From assembly GCA_964016885.1 (NCBI GenBank), contig OZ024743.1, positions 247,690,001 to 247,754,000 on the forward strand: a DNA stretch of 64,000 nucleotides. The letters are read 5' to 3'. Made by a program: the position numbers and the translations under genes. Below the pieces are notes generated by a model. It was not told the origin of the DNA and did not search any database. It saw only the letters and a list, made by a program, of their open reading frames with translations. Source of the DNA: Eledone cirrhosa. Its lineage: Eukaryota. Positions 23,245 through 37,749 of the stretch are shown here, piece by piece; positions within the stretch are counted from its first letter, which is position 1; each line of letters opens with the position of its first letter.

Positions 23245-24025
23245 GGTCCTTGTTTATAAGCCAACTTTGTGAACATTTTATAACAATACAATGGCTGTGG
23301 TCCTTGTTTATAAGCCAACTTTGTGAACATTTTATAACAATACAATGGCTGTGGTCCTTGTTTATAAGCCAACTTTGTGAACATTTTATAACAATACAAT
23401 GGCTGTGGTCCTTGTTTATAAGCCAACTTTGTGAACATTTTATAACAATACAATGGCTGTGGTCCTTGTTTATAAACCAACTTTGTGAACATTTTATAAC
23501 AATACAATGGCTGTGGTCCTTGTTTATAAGCCAACTTTGTGAACATTTTATAACAATACAATGGCTGTGGTCCTTGTTTATAAGCCAACTTTGTGAACAT
23601 TTTATAACAATACAATGGCTGTGGTCCTTGTTTATAAACCAACTTTGTGAACATTTTGTAACAATACAATAGCGTGGTCCTTGTTTATAAACCAACTTTT
23701 TGAACATTTTATAACAATACAATAGCTGTAGTCCTTGTTTATAAGCCAACTTTGTGAACATTTTGTAACAATACAATAGCGTGGTCCTTGTTTATAAGCC
23801 AACTTTGTGAACATTTTATAACAATACAATAGCTGAAGTCCTTGTTTATAAGCCAACTTTGCGAACATTTTGTAACAATACAATAGCGTGGTCCTTGTTT
23901 ATAAGCCAACTTTGTGAACATTTTGTAACAATACAATGGCTGTGGTCCTTGTTTATAAGCCAACTTTGTAGAATATTTTATAACAATACAATGGCTGTAG
24001 TCCTTCATTATAAACCTACTTTGTG
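23245..24025. repeat. 54-bp (52-bp variant) minisatellite, ~14 copies
   Basis: Unit gtccttgtttataagccaactttgtgaacattttataacaatacaatggctgtg. Confidence 0.95.
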
Positions 24026-24079
24026 GAAGCAGTAGATCTTATTAGATCTTCTCAGTGAAGTATATTTAATTTATATATT

Positions 24080-24920
24080 GAGACTGTGAGATTGAAGCTG
24101 AGCATGACAAAGACAACTTGCAATGACATTCCACCTGAATACCAAGGAGGCCTCTCAGCATCTCAGTGTCCGTGACAGTTCATCCCTCTCATATAATACC
24201 ACACCAACATATCTTAAAGTCAAATTGGACTGACAGTTGACCTACAGGCAGCACTTTCAGTTCTTACATGCAGAGATATATGCAAGGAACAACCTTCGAT
24301 GCCATTTGGCAAGCTCATCATGGGGTGTTAGCACATCTCACCCAACGTACCAGTGCCATAGCTTTAGTCTAAGGGCTGCTGTGGAGTACAACTTCCTTGT
24401 ATGGAGCAGGAGCTCCCATAAGTAGAAGCTAAATACATCCCTAAACAACATTTAAGGCTCATCAACAGATGTCTCCATCCTACACCAACTGAGTATCTAC
24501 CTGTGATTTGAGGTATTGGTGCTGCATCTTTTCATAGAAAGCATTACACACATGGGTTGGTCACTAAGGCCTCAATAGACCCAAGTCATCCACTCCATGA
24601 CATGGCTAGGGATTCTTAGTTATTAAGCCCACATTGCTTATTTTAATGTCACCCTTCATAGAAATCATTACACACGCGGGCTGGTCATTAAGGCCTCAAT
24701 AGACCCAAGTTATCCACTCCATGACATGGCTGAAGATTCTCAGCTACTGAGCGAACATTGTTTCATGTCATGCTGCCCTTTCTCTTGTCACACAGTAAAG
24801 CTCCAAGACTCAAATTTCAATATGCTTCTGACATGGACATATAGCTGGCCACCGATATGACCCAAATGAATGACAACCCCAATAAAGCCCTCCTGGGCAC
24901 AGGCACTAACCACTCTCAGA
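24080..24920 (+). mobile_element. Ingi/Vingi-like LINE fragment with internal ~124-bp-period duplication
   Basis: TFHLNTKEASQHLSV, PTYLKVKLD, ARNNL..HLASSSWG; repeat 24542-24607 / 24666-24731. Confidence 0.55.
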
Positions 24921-25142
24921 GGGAGTAAGTGTCCCTGAAGCTTTTTTTTAATTTTGAAATAGTATTCAGAAAAAAACAAACAACCTTTTTTCAAAGAGAT
25001 TTCTCTTGTTTTCAGCTCTTCCTGATTAATTCCCCTGAAGAAATGTGTAGAGCTCTCTATGATGACAATCTTTAAATAGGAGTTTAAGACGTTTGCTCTA
25101 TAAGCACGAGATTCGACGTTTGATCCCATTGTCACCCTAGAT

Positions 25143-25240
25143 CAGAGGTTCTCAAACTTTTGGAGCCACTGGCGCACTCATGGCCCCGTAATACCCTCAA
25201 CACACCCACCCCTATTTCCAGAGCGACCTGCCAACACACA
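25143..25240 (+). mobile_element. hAT (Charlie-like) terminal fragment
   Basis: CAGAGGTTCTCAAACT directly after cctagat; partner end not found. Confidence 0.45.
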
Positions 25241-25652
25241 AATTATAAATATTATATAATAGACAAAATCATTAATTTATATATTTTAAATGTTTTTTTA
25301 ATTTTACTATATTTATATATAATGTATCATTTGGTAGTTAATATACTACTATATCATATGTATACAATACTATAATAATATTATAAATGATAAGCTCATA
25401 CTGTCCCCCAATCCACCACCAAAAAACAGACCTTTCAACATATGCAAATATATTCTACTCAATAAAGTAATGCACAAATTTACCAGACATATTGGAGAAG
25501 TCAATAGTATACCACTAAAACAGCCGACCCAGATAGGTTTTTAATGAGGGGGGGGGGTCAATGAGAAGGATGTGTTTAGTGAAGCGAAAGTAGCCTCTCA
25601 ATCTCAGGTTAAATTGTACTAAGAATAAGTCTTATACACACACACATATATA

Positions 25653-25997
25653 CAGGTAAATTTCCATTATAACGAATACCATTATAACAAATGTTTTTTC
25701 AATCCCTGAGGTAGTAACAGACAAATGCTCGATTTGTTTTGGTTAATCTCATTATAAAGAATTTTTTCGTTACAACGAATTTTTTTTATACCCCGTGAAT
25801 TTCGTTATAACGGAATTCCACTGTATATGCAGGTAACATTTCGTTATAACGAATACCATTATAACGAATTTATCAGTATACCGAAATTTTTTTCAATCCC
25901 TGGCCACATGCTCGATATGTTACGTCGATTCCGTTATAAAGAATTTTTCGTTACAACGAATTATTTTTAATACACGTGAATTTCGGAATTTCGTTAT
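25653..25997. mobile_element. Two adjacent Tc1/mariner (Tigger/pogo-like) MITEs
   Basis: TA|caggtaaatttccattataacgaa ... ttcgttataacggaattccactg|TA at 25653-25823; second copy from 25830. Confidence 0.75.
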
Positions 25998-26125
25998 ATA
26001 TATATATATATATATAAACAGTAGCAGATGTTGAGAATGGTAGTGTTCAGTCACTTTGAGGAAGAAGAAAATTTGAATAGATGGAATATGTACATACGGA
26101 AAAAAAAAAAAAAAATCACGTCTCA

Positions 26126-26225
26126 ATTCCCATGGTTCATTTCAAACGCCATTTTATTCCCATCGTTCATTTCAACACCATTTTTATTCCCATGATTCAT
26201 TTCAAACGCCATTTTTATTCCTATG
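26126..26225. repeat. ~30-bp tandem repeat, ~3.3 copies
   Basis: attcccatggttcatttcaaacgccatttt. Confidence 0.8.
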
Positions 26226-26607
26226 ATGCGGACGACATTTTTATCCAGCAAAAGGAAAAAAAAAAGAAGAAACAATTAAAGCCACAAAAAACGGTAATTA
26301 ATTATTATATCAATTAATTATAGAATGTATATAAGTTTTAACTATATATATATATATATAAAATTAAAGAAACGACATGTATCTTATGAGTGGAGGAGAG
26401 AGAAAAAATTGTGTATCGATGAAACACTGTGTAAGATGTAAAGTTTGTTTTTAAATGTATTGCCTTCTCCATTTATTCTGATTATATATATATATGTATG
26501 TATACATATGTCTCCAAAATGACCGCCTGAATACGTAAGGGTAATTTTTTCCTCCACAATTATTCTTATCACCCTTTACTTTCTATTTATCATTTATTTC
26601 TAACTTT

Positions 26608-26650
26608 AACTTGTGATGAAGTACTAATGTCCGAAATATTAAGACTCTCT
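26608..26650 (+). ncRNA. Degenerate minimal hammerhead (Penelope pLTR relic)
   Basis: gTGATGA-a-gtac-taat-gtcc-GAAA-tatt-aagact; related to the motif at 42599-42634. Confidence 0.45.
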
Positions 26651-26777
26651 TCCTGCTATTTCAAGCGTTAAACTAATACATTTCTTCCATGTACTGTGCC
26701 GTTTGTTTTATTGTTTCTGTTTAACTTTTACATACATACATATATATTATGTACGTATGTATTTGTAAGTATGTATA

Positions 26778-26937
26778 CAAGTAAAATTCCGTTATAACGA
26801 ATACCATAATAACGATTTTTTTTCAGTATAACGAAATGTTTTCTATCCCCGAGGTAATAACAAAAGCTCGATTTATTTCGGTCAATTTCGTTTTAAAGAA
26901 TTATTTTATAGCCCTTGAATTTCGTAATAACGGAATT

Positions 26938-26943
<6 letters not shown>
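26778..26943. mobile_element. Third copy of the Tc1/mariner-like MITE
   Basis: caagtaaaattccgttataacgaa ... ttcgtaataacggaatttctctg. Confidence 0.72.
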
Positions 26944-26970
<27 letters not shown>

Positions 26971-27100
26971 GTTTGAAAAGGAGGTAATGTTCTATACAAA
27001 ACAGGTTATAGAAAAAAGTAAGAATGTACGGAAATTTCTTCTTTGATCCGTAAAAGTGACGTTATTGAAAAAGAAGAATTTAAAAAAAAAAAGTTTATAC

Positions 27101-27140
27101 AATACTACCGGTTTCGATGTAATCCATATTATCAAATATT
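27101..27140 (-). ncRNA. Degenerate minimal hammerhead
   Basis: Minus strand: aatat-tTGATaA-tatg-gatta-catc-GAAA-ccgg-TA-gtatt; core mutated. Confidence 0.4.
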
Positions 27141-27234
27141 AAATATTACAATTAAAATTTAAAAAAGAATTAAAAATTAAGTGTTGAAGAAGGTCAATTC
27201 ATATTTCGTGCTGGGAGGAAATATAAACATACAT

Positions 27235-27343
27235 ATAACTTTGATAGGTTTCCGCCAGTCTTGGCCCATGCCATGTCTAACTTAATAGCACTATCTGCTG
27301 AAGTCTTTCAAATCAGAATTTGGACACTATGGCCCACTCAAGT
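27235..27343 (-). mobile_element. 3' end of the CR1/L2-like LINE seen at 2673-3815
   Basis: Reverse complement of ~3697-3815. Confidence 0.8.
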
Positions 27344-28720
27344 AGTTTCTGTTCTTGATTTTGTGGCTGTTGTTGTTGACACGCCAATATTTTGAAAGTA
27401 GGAGCAATAGTTCTTTTGGATTTCTTTTAGTCACACTGCATCTGGTTGAAATTCTTCTTTTCACCCCATATTTTTCTCCAAAAGGAATCTGTCTTTCTGG
27501 GACACTTATTATTTTGCCCTTCATATCTCTGATGTTTGATTTTGCCTGAATCTTTTATTAAGCATTTTTCTTTCATCTATCTTCTGGTATCAACGTTTCT
27601 CGCTGACAGCTCTCAATTCTTGTTTGAGCGTGATCAGCTTATATTGAAGAGTTCTGCTTGTACTGTCACCAAACATCGTTTCTATTTTATTTTTCAATCT
27701 TTGTTGGTGAGGAGTGAAGGTTTTTTTCTTTTTGTTTGCATGTAAGGAACATTGTCACATAACCTATAGTTTTTCGTAGGTCAGCAATCTTTTTTTCTAT
27801 TTTAGTTATATATGATGGTACTTTTTGTGGTGTTTTGTTCTTGTTAATATATGTGCTAACACCATGATAATGCTTCACTGCCGTTGCTAAAGCATATAAA
27901 CAGATGTTGATTTGGCAAAATGTTGGTTTTATCCGTCGTAAATATTCATCCCCTATTTCGTCAATAACACGTAATATTTCATTATTTGTTTTTTTTTAAA
28001 TTAAATATTGTTGTTTTAATACGTTCAGCGAGATAGATGTTTATACATGAATTAATTTCTCTCTGGAAGATTTCGTTGGGGTAAATTTTCAATTGTTTAG
28101 ACTTTTGATTACTATTATTATCGATAGTATTTTTCACAACAGTCGAGGTAGACTCGGATGGTACACGTGGTGTCAAATTTCTTCGATTATTATTTCTTTG
28201 ATTATTATTATCGATAGTGTTTTCCCCAGCATTCGAGGTAGACTTAGATGGTACAAGTGGTGTCAAATTTCTTACAGGCATAGTTGTTTCAAGACACTGT
28301 TCAACCTGGCTGCTAGGAAGTCTAGTAGCATGGCGACCTGTAGCACATGTTGATTCCATGTTTGTTCTGGGGAGACTTACAATTATTAATATCTTATTTT
28401 TACTTTGAACAAACGTTGCTTGTTGACGTAATTGTTTCGCTGTGAAATGATTTAGCTTTGGATGCATTTCGTCAAGTGTACCTTCCTTATGTTCTTATAG
28501 CCAACGGAGGGATTCTTTTCGCCATTTTATAACAATTAAATAAATCATTATGTTTGCAACTCCAAGACAAATGCGATTTATAATTTCGGTTTCTTCTGTA
28601 GCTACAACTGAATAAATTTTGTTAACCTTTCTCATTGATTTTCTCGCTGATTTTCTCCGGTATATTGTTTACGTTCCTTGTGTTCGATAAATTGTTTTTG
28701 TTGATATTGTGTCCGGCCAT
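27344..28720 (-). mobile_element. Probable N-terminal region of an R4/Dong-like (RLE) non-LTR element
   Basis: Broken ORFs HPKLNHFTAKQLRQQATF and PSYITKIEKKIADLRKTIG; no catalytic motif present. Confidence 0.45.
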
Positions 28721-28984
28721 GTTGTTTGTAGCAAATCCTTATAAAATGAATTATGTATTTAGTCGGATATATCTATGAATTCGAATAAAAGGTGTCTTCC
28801 GTGGATATAGTTAGAATATTCAGTTATTCAATATGACTGGTAGTTGTGGCATTACTGTCGAAGATGTATTCATCTTAAATTTAATGTATAGTCTCCCACG
28901 CCATAATGTGTGACTGATTGCTATATGTATGTATGTTCTTTTGTTCTTTTGGTTTTATAATTTCACAAATTTTTGCCAAAGTAA

Positions 28985-29572
28985 GGGGAAGAAGGTTGCA
29001 CTTCTAAAACGACTAAACGTGGCTCGTCTGAAGACAGAAGTCAGAGCTGAGCAGTCGAAGTCTCCTGAAGAAAACCGTCTATGATGTCAGTGCTGGAGTT
29101 GTAGATCATATCAATAGAAAGCATAAGGACTGGTTTGATGAAAATGATGCTGTGAACCAGATCTTGCTTGAAGAGAAACAAAAAGTACTGACATCATTGT
29201 TGAGTGAGACACGTTCTGACAGGAGTGACCGGATCTTCAAGCTAATCAAGGCACATGTGCGACATCAATTGAGAGCCATGCAAGATACCTGGTGGAGACA
29301 AAAAGCTGATGAAACCTAGAAAACCTGATAGACATGATACAAAGCACTTATATAATCTGCTTAGGGAGGTGTATGGTCCAACCAGTCTGCAAATATCCCC
29401 ATTTTGCTCCAAAGATGGCAAGGAATTGCTCAGATCCGAAAGAAATCCTCATCAGGTGGCATGACCACTTTGATGAGTTTTTCAACAGGCCATCAGAAAT
29501 TGAGGATGAGTTCATCTGGTCGATTCTATCCAGACCTACAAACCTGGCAATGGCTGATCCTCCTTCATTTGA
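28985..29572 (+). mobile_element. RTE/BovB-like APE-RT linker fragment
   Basis: RKHKDWFDEND, DTWWRQKADE, EILIRWHDHFDEFFNRPS...ADPPSFE. Confidence 0.7.
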
Positions 29573-32500
29573 ACACTAACACAAACAATAGCACAAACAC
29601 AAACACAAGCACTAACGCAAACGCTAACACTAGCACTAACACTAGCACTAACACTAGCACTAACACTAGCACTAAAACTAGCACTAACACTAGCACTAAC
29701 ACTAGCACTAACACTAGCACTAACACTAGCACTAAGACTAGCGCTAACACTAACACAAACACAAACGCAAACACTAACACTAACACTAACACAAACACAA
29801 ACACAAACGCAAACGCAAACGCAAACGCAAACGCTAACAGTAACACTAACAGTAACACTAACAAACACTAACACTAACTAACACTAACTAACACTAACTA
29901 ACACTAACTAACACTAACTAACACTAACAAACACTAACAAACACTAACACTAACAAACACTAACACTAACTAACACTGACACTAACTAACACTGACACTA
30001 ACTAACACTGACACTAACTAACACTGACACTAACTAACACTGACACTAACTAACACTGATACTAACTAACACTGACACTAACTAACACTGACACTAACTA
30101 ACACTGACACTAACTAACACTGACACTAACTAACACTGACACTAACTAACACTAACTAACACTGACACTAACTAACACTGACACTAACTAACACTGACAC
30201 TAACTGACACTAACTAACACTGACACTAACTAACACTGACACTAACTAACACTGACACTAACTAACACTGACACTAACTAACACTGACACTAACTAACAC
30301 TGACACTAACTAACACTGACACTAACTAACACTGACACTAACTAACACTGACACTAATTAACACTGACACTAACTAACACTGACACTAACTGACACTGAC
30401 ACTAACTGACACTAACTAACACTGACACTAACTAACACTGACACTAACTAACACTGACACTAACTGACACTGACACTAACTGACACTAACTAACACTGAC
30501 ACTAACACTAACTAACACTGACATTAACGGTAATGCTAACGCTTACGCTAACGCTAACGCTAACGCTAACCCTAACACAAACACTAAAACTAACGAAGAC
30601 AAACATTGACCCTAACACAAAACCCTAAAACTAACGCTGACGCTAACACTAACGCTGACGCTGACGCTAACGCTAACGCTAACGCTGACGCTAACGCTGA
30701 CGCTAACGCTGACGCTGACGCAAACGCCAAAACAAACACAAACGCTAAAGCTAACCCTAACAAATACAAACAGTAACGCTAACGCTAACACTAACGCAAA
30801 CACTAACGCTAACACAAATACAAACAGAAACGCTAACGCTAACACTAATGCTAACGCAAACACAAACAGACGCTAACACAAATACAAACATTAACGCAAA
30901 TACAAACACTAACGCTGATGCTAACGCAAACGCCAACACTAACGCTAACGCCAACACAAGCGCTAACGCAAACGCTAACGCTAACACTAATGCTAGTACT
31001 AACGCTAGTACTAACGCTAACACTAACGCTAACCCTAGCACAAACACTAAAACTAACAAAGACAAACACTAACACTAACCCTAAAACGCTAATGCTAATG
31101 CTAACACTGACGCTAACGCTGACGCTGACGCTAACGCTGACGCTAACGCTGACGCTGACGCTAACGCTGACGCTGACGCCAAAACAAACGCTAACAGTAA
31201 CGCTAACCCTAACAAATACAAACAGTAACGCTAACACTAACGCAAACACTAACGCAAACGCTAACGCTAACACTAACGCAAACACTAACGCTAACACTAA
31301 CGCTAACACTAACGCTAACACTAACGCTAACACTAACGCTAACACTAACGCTAACACTAACACTAACGCAAACACTAACGCAAACACTAACACTAACGCT
31401 AACACTAACACAAATACAAACAGAAACGCTAACACTCACGAATACACTAACGCAAACACTAACACTAACACAAATACAAACAGAAACGCTAACGCTAACA
31501 CTCACGAATACACTAACGCAAACACTAACGCTAACACTAACGCAAACACTAACGCTAACACTAACACTAACGCAAACACTAACACTAACACAAACAGAAA
31601 CGCTAACGCAAACACTAACGCAAACACAAACAGACGCTAACGCAAACACTAACGCTAACGCTGACGCAAACGGTTACGCCAACACTAACAGTAACGCTAA
31701 CGCTAACAAATACAAACGCTAACATTAACGCTAACGCAATCACTAACACTAACGCAAACGCCAACGCCAACGCTAACGCTAACGCTAACGCTAACGCTAA
31801 CACAAACGCTAATGCTAGTACTAACGCTAGTACTAACACTAACGGTAACACAAACGCTAAAGCTAACACTAACGCTAGCACAAACACTAACACTAACGCA
31901 AACGCTACCACAAATACAAATACTAACGCTAACACTAACATTAACACTAACTAACACAAACGCAAACGGTAACGCTAACACTAACGCTAACACAAATACA
32001 AACACTAACGGTAACACAAATACAAACACTAACGGTAACGCTGACGCTAACACAAACGCTAACGCTAACACTAACCCTAAGGCTCACGATAACGATAACA
32101 CAAAGGCAAACGATAACGTAAGCGCCCAGCGCTAGCGCTAACGCCAGCGCTAACACTAACAAACCCTAACACTAACACAAATGCTAACACTAACGCTAAC
32201 ACATACAAACACTGACACTAACGGTAACGCTGACGCTAACAAAACACTAACACTAACGTTGACGCAAACGCTAACGCCAACGCCAACACAAACACTAAAG
32301 CTAACACAAACACTGACCCTAACCCTAACACTAAAACTAACCCTAGCACTAACGCTAACGTTAACACTAACGCTAACGCTAACAAACACTAACAAACACT
32401 GACGCTAACGCTAACAGAAACACAATCAGTAACGCTAACGCTAACACAAAGCTAACGCTAACAGTAACGCTAATACAAACGCTAACGCTAACGCTAACAC

Positions 32501-35500
32501 AAACACTAACGCAAACACAAACGCTAACGCCAACACAAACACAAACACAAACACTAACGTTAACGCTGACGCTAACACAAACGCTAACAAAAACACAAAC
32601 TAACGCTAACATTAACATTAACATTAACACTAACGATAACGCAAACACTATCGCTAACGCTAACGCAAACGCTATTGCTAACGCTATTGCTAACGCTATC
32701 GCTAAACGCTAACGCTAACACACACTAACGCTAACACACACTAACGCTAACACAAACACTAACGCTAACACAAACACAAACACTAACGCAAACGCAAACG
32801 CTAACGCAAACGCTAACCCTAACACAAACACTAAAACTAACACTGACCCTAACACTGACCCTAACACTAACCCTGACGCTAACGCTGACGCTGACACTGA
32901 CACTGACACTGACGCTGACGCTGACACTAACGCAAACGCTTACGCCAAAACAAACGCTAACAGTAACGCTAACACAAATACAAACAGAAACGCTAACACT
33001 AACGCAAACGCTTACGCCAACACTAACAGTAACGCTAACGCTAAAGCTAACAAATACAAACACTAACGCTCACGATAACGCTAACACGAAGGCTAACACA
33101 AACGCTAACGCTAGCGCCCAAAGCCCAACACTAACGCTAACACTAACAAACCCTAACACAAATACAAACACAAACACTAACGCTAGCGCTAACGCTAACC
33201 TTAACGGTAACGCTAACGCCAGCGCTAGCGCCAACGCCAACGCTAGCGGCAACGCTAACGCTAGCGGCAACGCTAACGCTAACACTAACACTAAAACTGA
33301 CGCTAACGCAAACGCTAACACAAACAGTAACGCGAACACAAACGCTAATGCAAACGCAAACACGAACGCAAACGCTAACACAAACGTAAATGCTAACACT
33401 AACGCTAACACATACGAACACTAACGCTAACACCAAAACGCTAACACTGACACAAACGCCAACACAAACGGTAACAGTAACGCTAACACTAACGCTAACA
33501 AAAACACTAACGCAAACGCTAACACAAATACAAACACTAACACTAACGCTAACACAAATACAAACAGTAACGCTAACACAAATACAAACAGTAACGCTAA
33601 CACTAACACTAATCCAAACACTAAAACTAACAAAAACAAACACGGACCCTAACGCTGACGTTGATGCTAACACTGACGCTAACACTGACACTAACACTGA
33701 CGCTAACAGTAACGATAACGCTAACACTAACAGTAACGCTAACACATACAAACAGTAACGCTAATACAAACGCTGACACTAACGCTGACGCTAGCACAAA
33801 TACTAACGCTAACATTAACACTAACACTAACAAACGGTAACGCTAACGCTAATACAAACACTAACGCTGACGCGAACACGAACACTAACACCAGCGCTAA
33901 CCTCAGCACTAACCTCAGCACCAGCGCTAACGCCCAGCGCTAACGCTAACGACAACGCTAGCGCTTGCGCTAACACTAACACTAACGCAAACGCTAACGC
34001 AAACACTAACGCTAACCCTAACCCAAACACAAACACTAGCACAAACACTAGCACTAACACTAACAAACACTAACAAAGACAAACACTGACGCTAACACTA
34101 ACGCTAACCATAATACTAACCATAACGCTAACCCTAACACAATCACAAACTCTAACCCTAACAAACACTAACCCTAACAAAATCACAAACGAATCCTAAC
34201 CCTACCCCTAACGCTAACGCAAACACTAACGCTAACACTAACGCAAACACTAACGCAAACACTAACGTTAACGCAAACACTAACGTTAACGCAAACACTA
34301 ACGTTAACGCAAACACTAACGTTAACGCAAACACTAACGCTAACGCTGACACTAGCACAAACACTAGCACAAACACAAACCCAAACACAAACACAAACAC
34401 TATCACTGACACAAACACAAGCACTAACACAAGCACTAACACAAGCACTAACACAAGCACTAACACAAGCACTAACACAAGCACTAACACAAGCACTAAC
34501 ACAAGCACTAACACTAGCACTGACACTAACACAAACACTAACACAAACACTAACACAAACACTAACACAAACACTAACACAAACATTAACTTGAAAAATA
34601 ATTTGAACACTAACCAGAAAACTAGGCTAACATTAACACAAATACTAATGCTAATGCTAACACTAACCTGAACTGAAACTAACATTAACACTAAAACTAA
34701 ATAACCTAAACACAAGCACTAATGCTAATAGAGATACTAACACTAACACAATATCTAACACTAACATTAACTTGAACACTAACACAAAAAATAAACACGA
34801 ACACTAACCAGTAAACTAAGCTAACATTAACCTGAACACTACTACAAACACTAACACTAACACAAACATTAACATAATCACTAACACTAATGGAAACACT
34901 AACACTGACCCAAACATTAACGCTAACCTGAACACTAACTCATAATAACCTGAACACTAATACTAACAAATGTTAACACAAAAACAAAAACTTACACTAA
35001 TGGAGATACAAAATCAAACACTAAAACTAATGGAAACACTAACACTAATCTAAACACTAACACTCATAATAACTGGAACACTAACATTCATAATAACCTC
35101 AACACTAATACAGACTCTAATACACATTAACACTAACAGAGACGCCAATGCTGACACTGTGACAAATGCCTATGATAATGCAGACGCTGATATAATCGCT
35201 AACACTGACACAATCACTGACACTGACACAATCACTGACACTGATGCTAATGAAAATGCTGATACTGACGGGGATGCTAACACAAACGCTAACGCTGATG
35301 CAAATGCTGATGCAGACACTAATGCAAATGCAGACACTTGTAGCAGGAGTTGCCTCCCTTGTTGTGACACTCACAACCCCAATAGATTAACGGTCTCTAG
35401 ACAGGAAGTAGAACCCTTTCTGTAACTTCCGGTCAGAACCCTATAAAACTAACAACGTTAAGCTCTCTATCTCTCATTTGGCCTTTTCGGTCAGGCGCCT

Positions 35501-36765
35501 CCTGGCTTTCGCCAGGAGTCCTCACTCAGGCGTGTGTAACCCTGGCAACCAAGCGGTAACTAATAACTTTATTTCATTCTTTCATCTACTCATTGACATG
35601 TCAACTATACTGTTCTATATATTCACAAATTGTTTATTAAATATTATACACACAAACCAAATCTTCCTTGTTACATTCATACACACCAGTATCTCACACT
35701 AATGCAAACACTAACGCAGACGCTGACGCAGACGCTAACTTAAGTGCTGACGTAGAAGCTAACTTAAACGCTGACGTAGTTGTTAACGTAGATGCTGACG
35801 TAGAAGTTAACGTTTACCCTTAACGCCGAAGCTGATCTACAACGCAAATGCAGATGCGGATCGCTAAAGCAAAAGCTAACGCTGACGCAAATGCTGACCC
35901 AAAGCAATTGTTGATGTAGATGCTGCAATGATGCGGACACCACAGGAAAGGCTGGTGGAAATGCTAATGCTAACGGAAACGCTGACGTAGACGTTATTGT
36001 AAACGCTGACGCAGTTGCTAAGGTATACGCTGACGCAGACGCTAATAGAAATGCTGACGTAGATGCTAACGGAAACACTGACGCAGACGCTAATGCAAAC
36101 ACTGATGCAGATGCTAATGGAAGCATTGACGCAGACACTAATGGAAATGCTGACACAGTTGCTAATGGAAACACTGACGCAGACACTAACGCAAAAGCTA
36201 ACGCTGATGCAAATGATGAGGCAGACGTAAAAACTGACGCTAACGCAAACGCTGACAGACGCTAACACAAGCGGTGACACAGACGCTAAAGGAAATATCG
36301 CAAACACAAAAGCTAATGCTAACGCCTTCGCAAACGCAAACAGATGTTGCCGCAAACTCTAGTGCAAATGCTTACGTGGATGCTGATGCAAACTCTAATG
36401 CAAATGCTTATGTGTATGTATGGTAATGATAACGCTGACACAGAAGCAAACGCTGACGTAGATGCAGACACTGAAACAAACGCTATTGCTAACGCAAATG
36501 CTGACAGGCGCCAAGGGAAACGCTGACGCAATCACTATCACAAATGCAGACACTGACACAAATGTTGACACTAATGCAAACACTGACGCAGATGCTAACA
36601 CAAACTCTACATAGACACTAACACAAAAGCTTACATAGAAGCTTATTCAAATGCTAACACTGACGCAAACAGTGACGCTAGAAATAAGTTACGCTAACAG
36701 TAATACAGTCACTAATAATAAACTTACCATTAACAGTAAATCTTAGCCTAACACTAACCCTAAAT
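29573..36765. repeat. ~7.2 kb degenerate hexamer array (ACTAAC/GCTAAC/GCAAAC/CCTAAC/GCTGAC), telomere-repeat-like
   Basis: Direct inspection; includes a homogeneous 16-bp block (actaactaacactgac)n at ~29965-30520. Confidence 0.92.
35339..35696 (+). mobile_element. Solo LTR (358 bp), Gypsy-like
   Basis: TG...CA ends; 4-bp TSD CACT (35335-35338 / 35697-35700); ctataaaa ~35441; attaaa ~35636. Confidence 0.65.
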
Positions 36766-37749
36766 CAAATATTAATCAAGGAAGAAAGTTGATTGCAATT
36801 ATATTTAAGGTTACTCTTTAAGATATAGAAGATAATGATTTTAATTTAAAGAGAATCACAATGCAACACAATAACACAGCACAACACACCACACTAACCT
36901 ACACAACAATAAACCAGATTATACCATACCCTGGTAAATTTATGATAGCTTTCCATGTTATAACTACACCAAACCAAACCATAACAAACTACACCAAACC
37001 TTACAAAACTACACCACATACATTTTCTTTTTTAGTGTGCTTACCAACCAATCTGACATTAAAGGTGCTCACAATTGACTATTATTTGCACATATTATCA
37101 ATGAATGACTTTGAAACCTATCGAAAATGACTAGCTTTGTAGAAAAAAGAGGGCGGAAGTGGGAGGAAATACCATTGACAAAGCTAGTCATTTTTGATTG
37201 CAGTGGAAGTTATATTTGTTGTTAATATGTTAAAGTATAGTCTACTGCGAGCATGCTGGAGGTTGGATTAGTTGATAACACATAGAAAAACAAAGTAAAA
37301 CATTTTTTTTGACTTAGATCAAAGTGGAAATTAAAGTCTTTACTTCCACACCACACCACACCACGACACACGACACGACACCAAGGGAGAAGACCATACT
37401 ACACCACACCACATAATTTTTTCCTCTTTTTATTCATGTGTTATCAACTAATCTGAACTCCAAGATGCTTGCTATTGACTTTCTCTTCCTGGAAAACTAA
37501 GGTGGATGCGCTTCTCTCATTTAACCCTAGAGTTTTCTCTAAGATTTTTTGTATGTTATCAACGAATATGACCTCGACACCAGTTGGAAACGACTAGTTG
37601 TTCTAGAAAAAGGAGGGCTAAAGGGGATGGAAAGACATTGTCGTTTTGTAGATATACACCCTAATGATTTTTCTTCGGTTCTCTTTTGTGTGCTATCAAC
37701 TAATCTAAACTGTTAGTTGCTATGAATCAACTTTTCTTCCTGGGATTCG

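Noticed and set aside
23178-24008. CRISPR-like array or repeat protein
   Set aside because: Head-to-tail 54-bp units with no unique spacers, no cas genes, eukaryotic context
25025-25080. Possible hammerhead at CTGAAGA
   Set aside because: No GAAA/stem III partner downstream
29404-36601. Thr/Asn/Ala- or Leu/Val-rich ORFs (antifreeze- or mucin-like)
   Set aside because: Hexamer array with frequent 4-nt slips that break frame and an LTR insertion; no signal peptide or splice evidence
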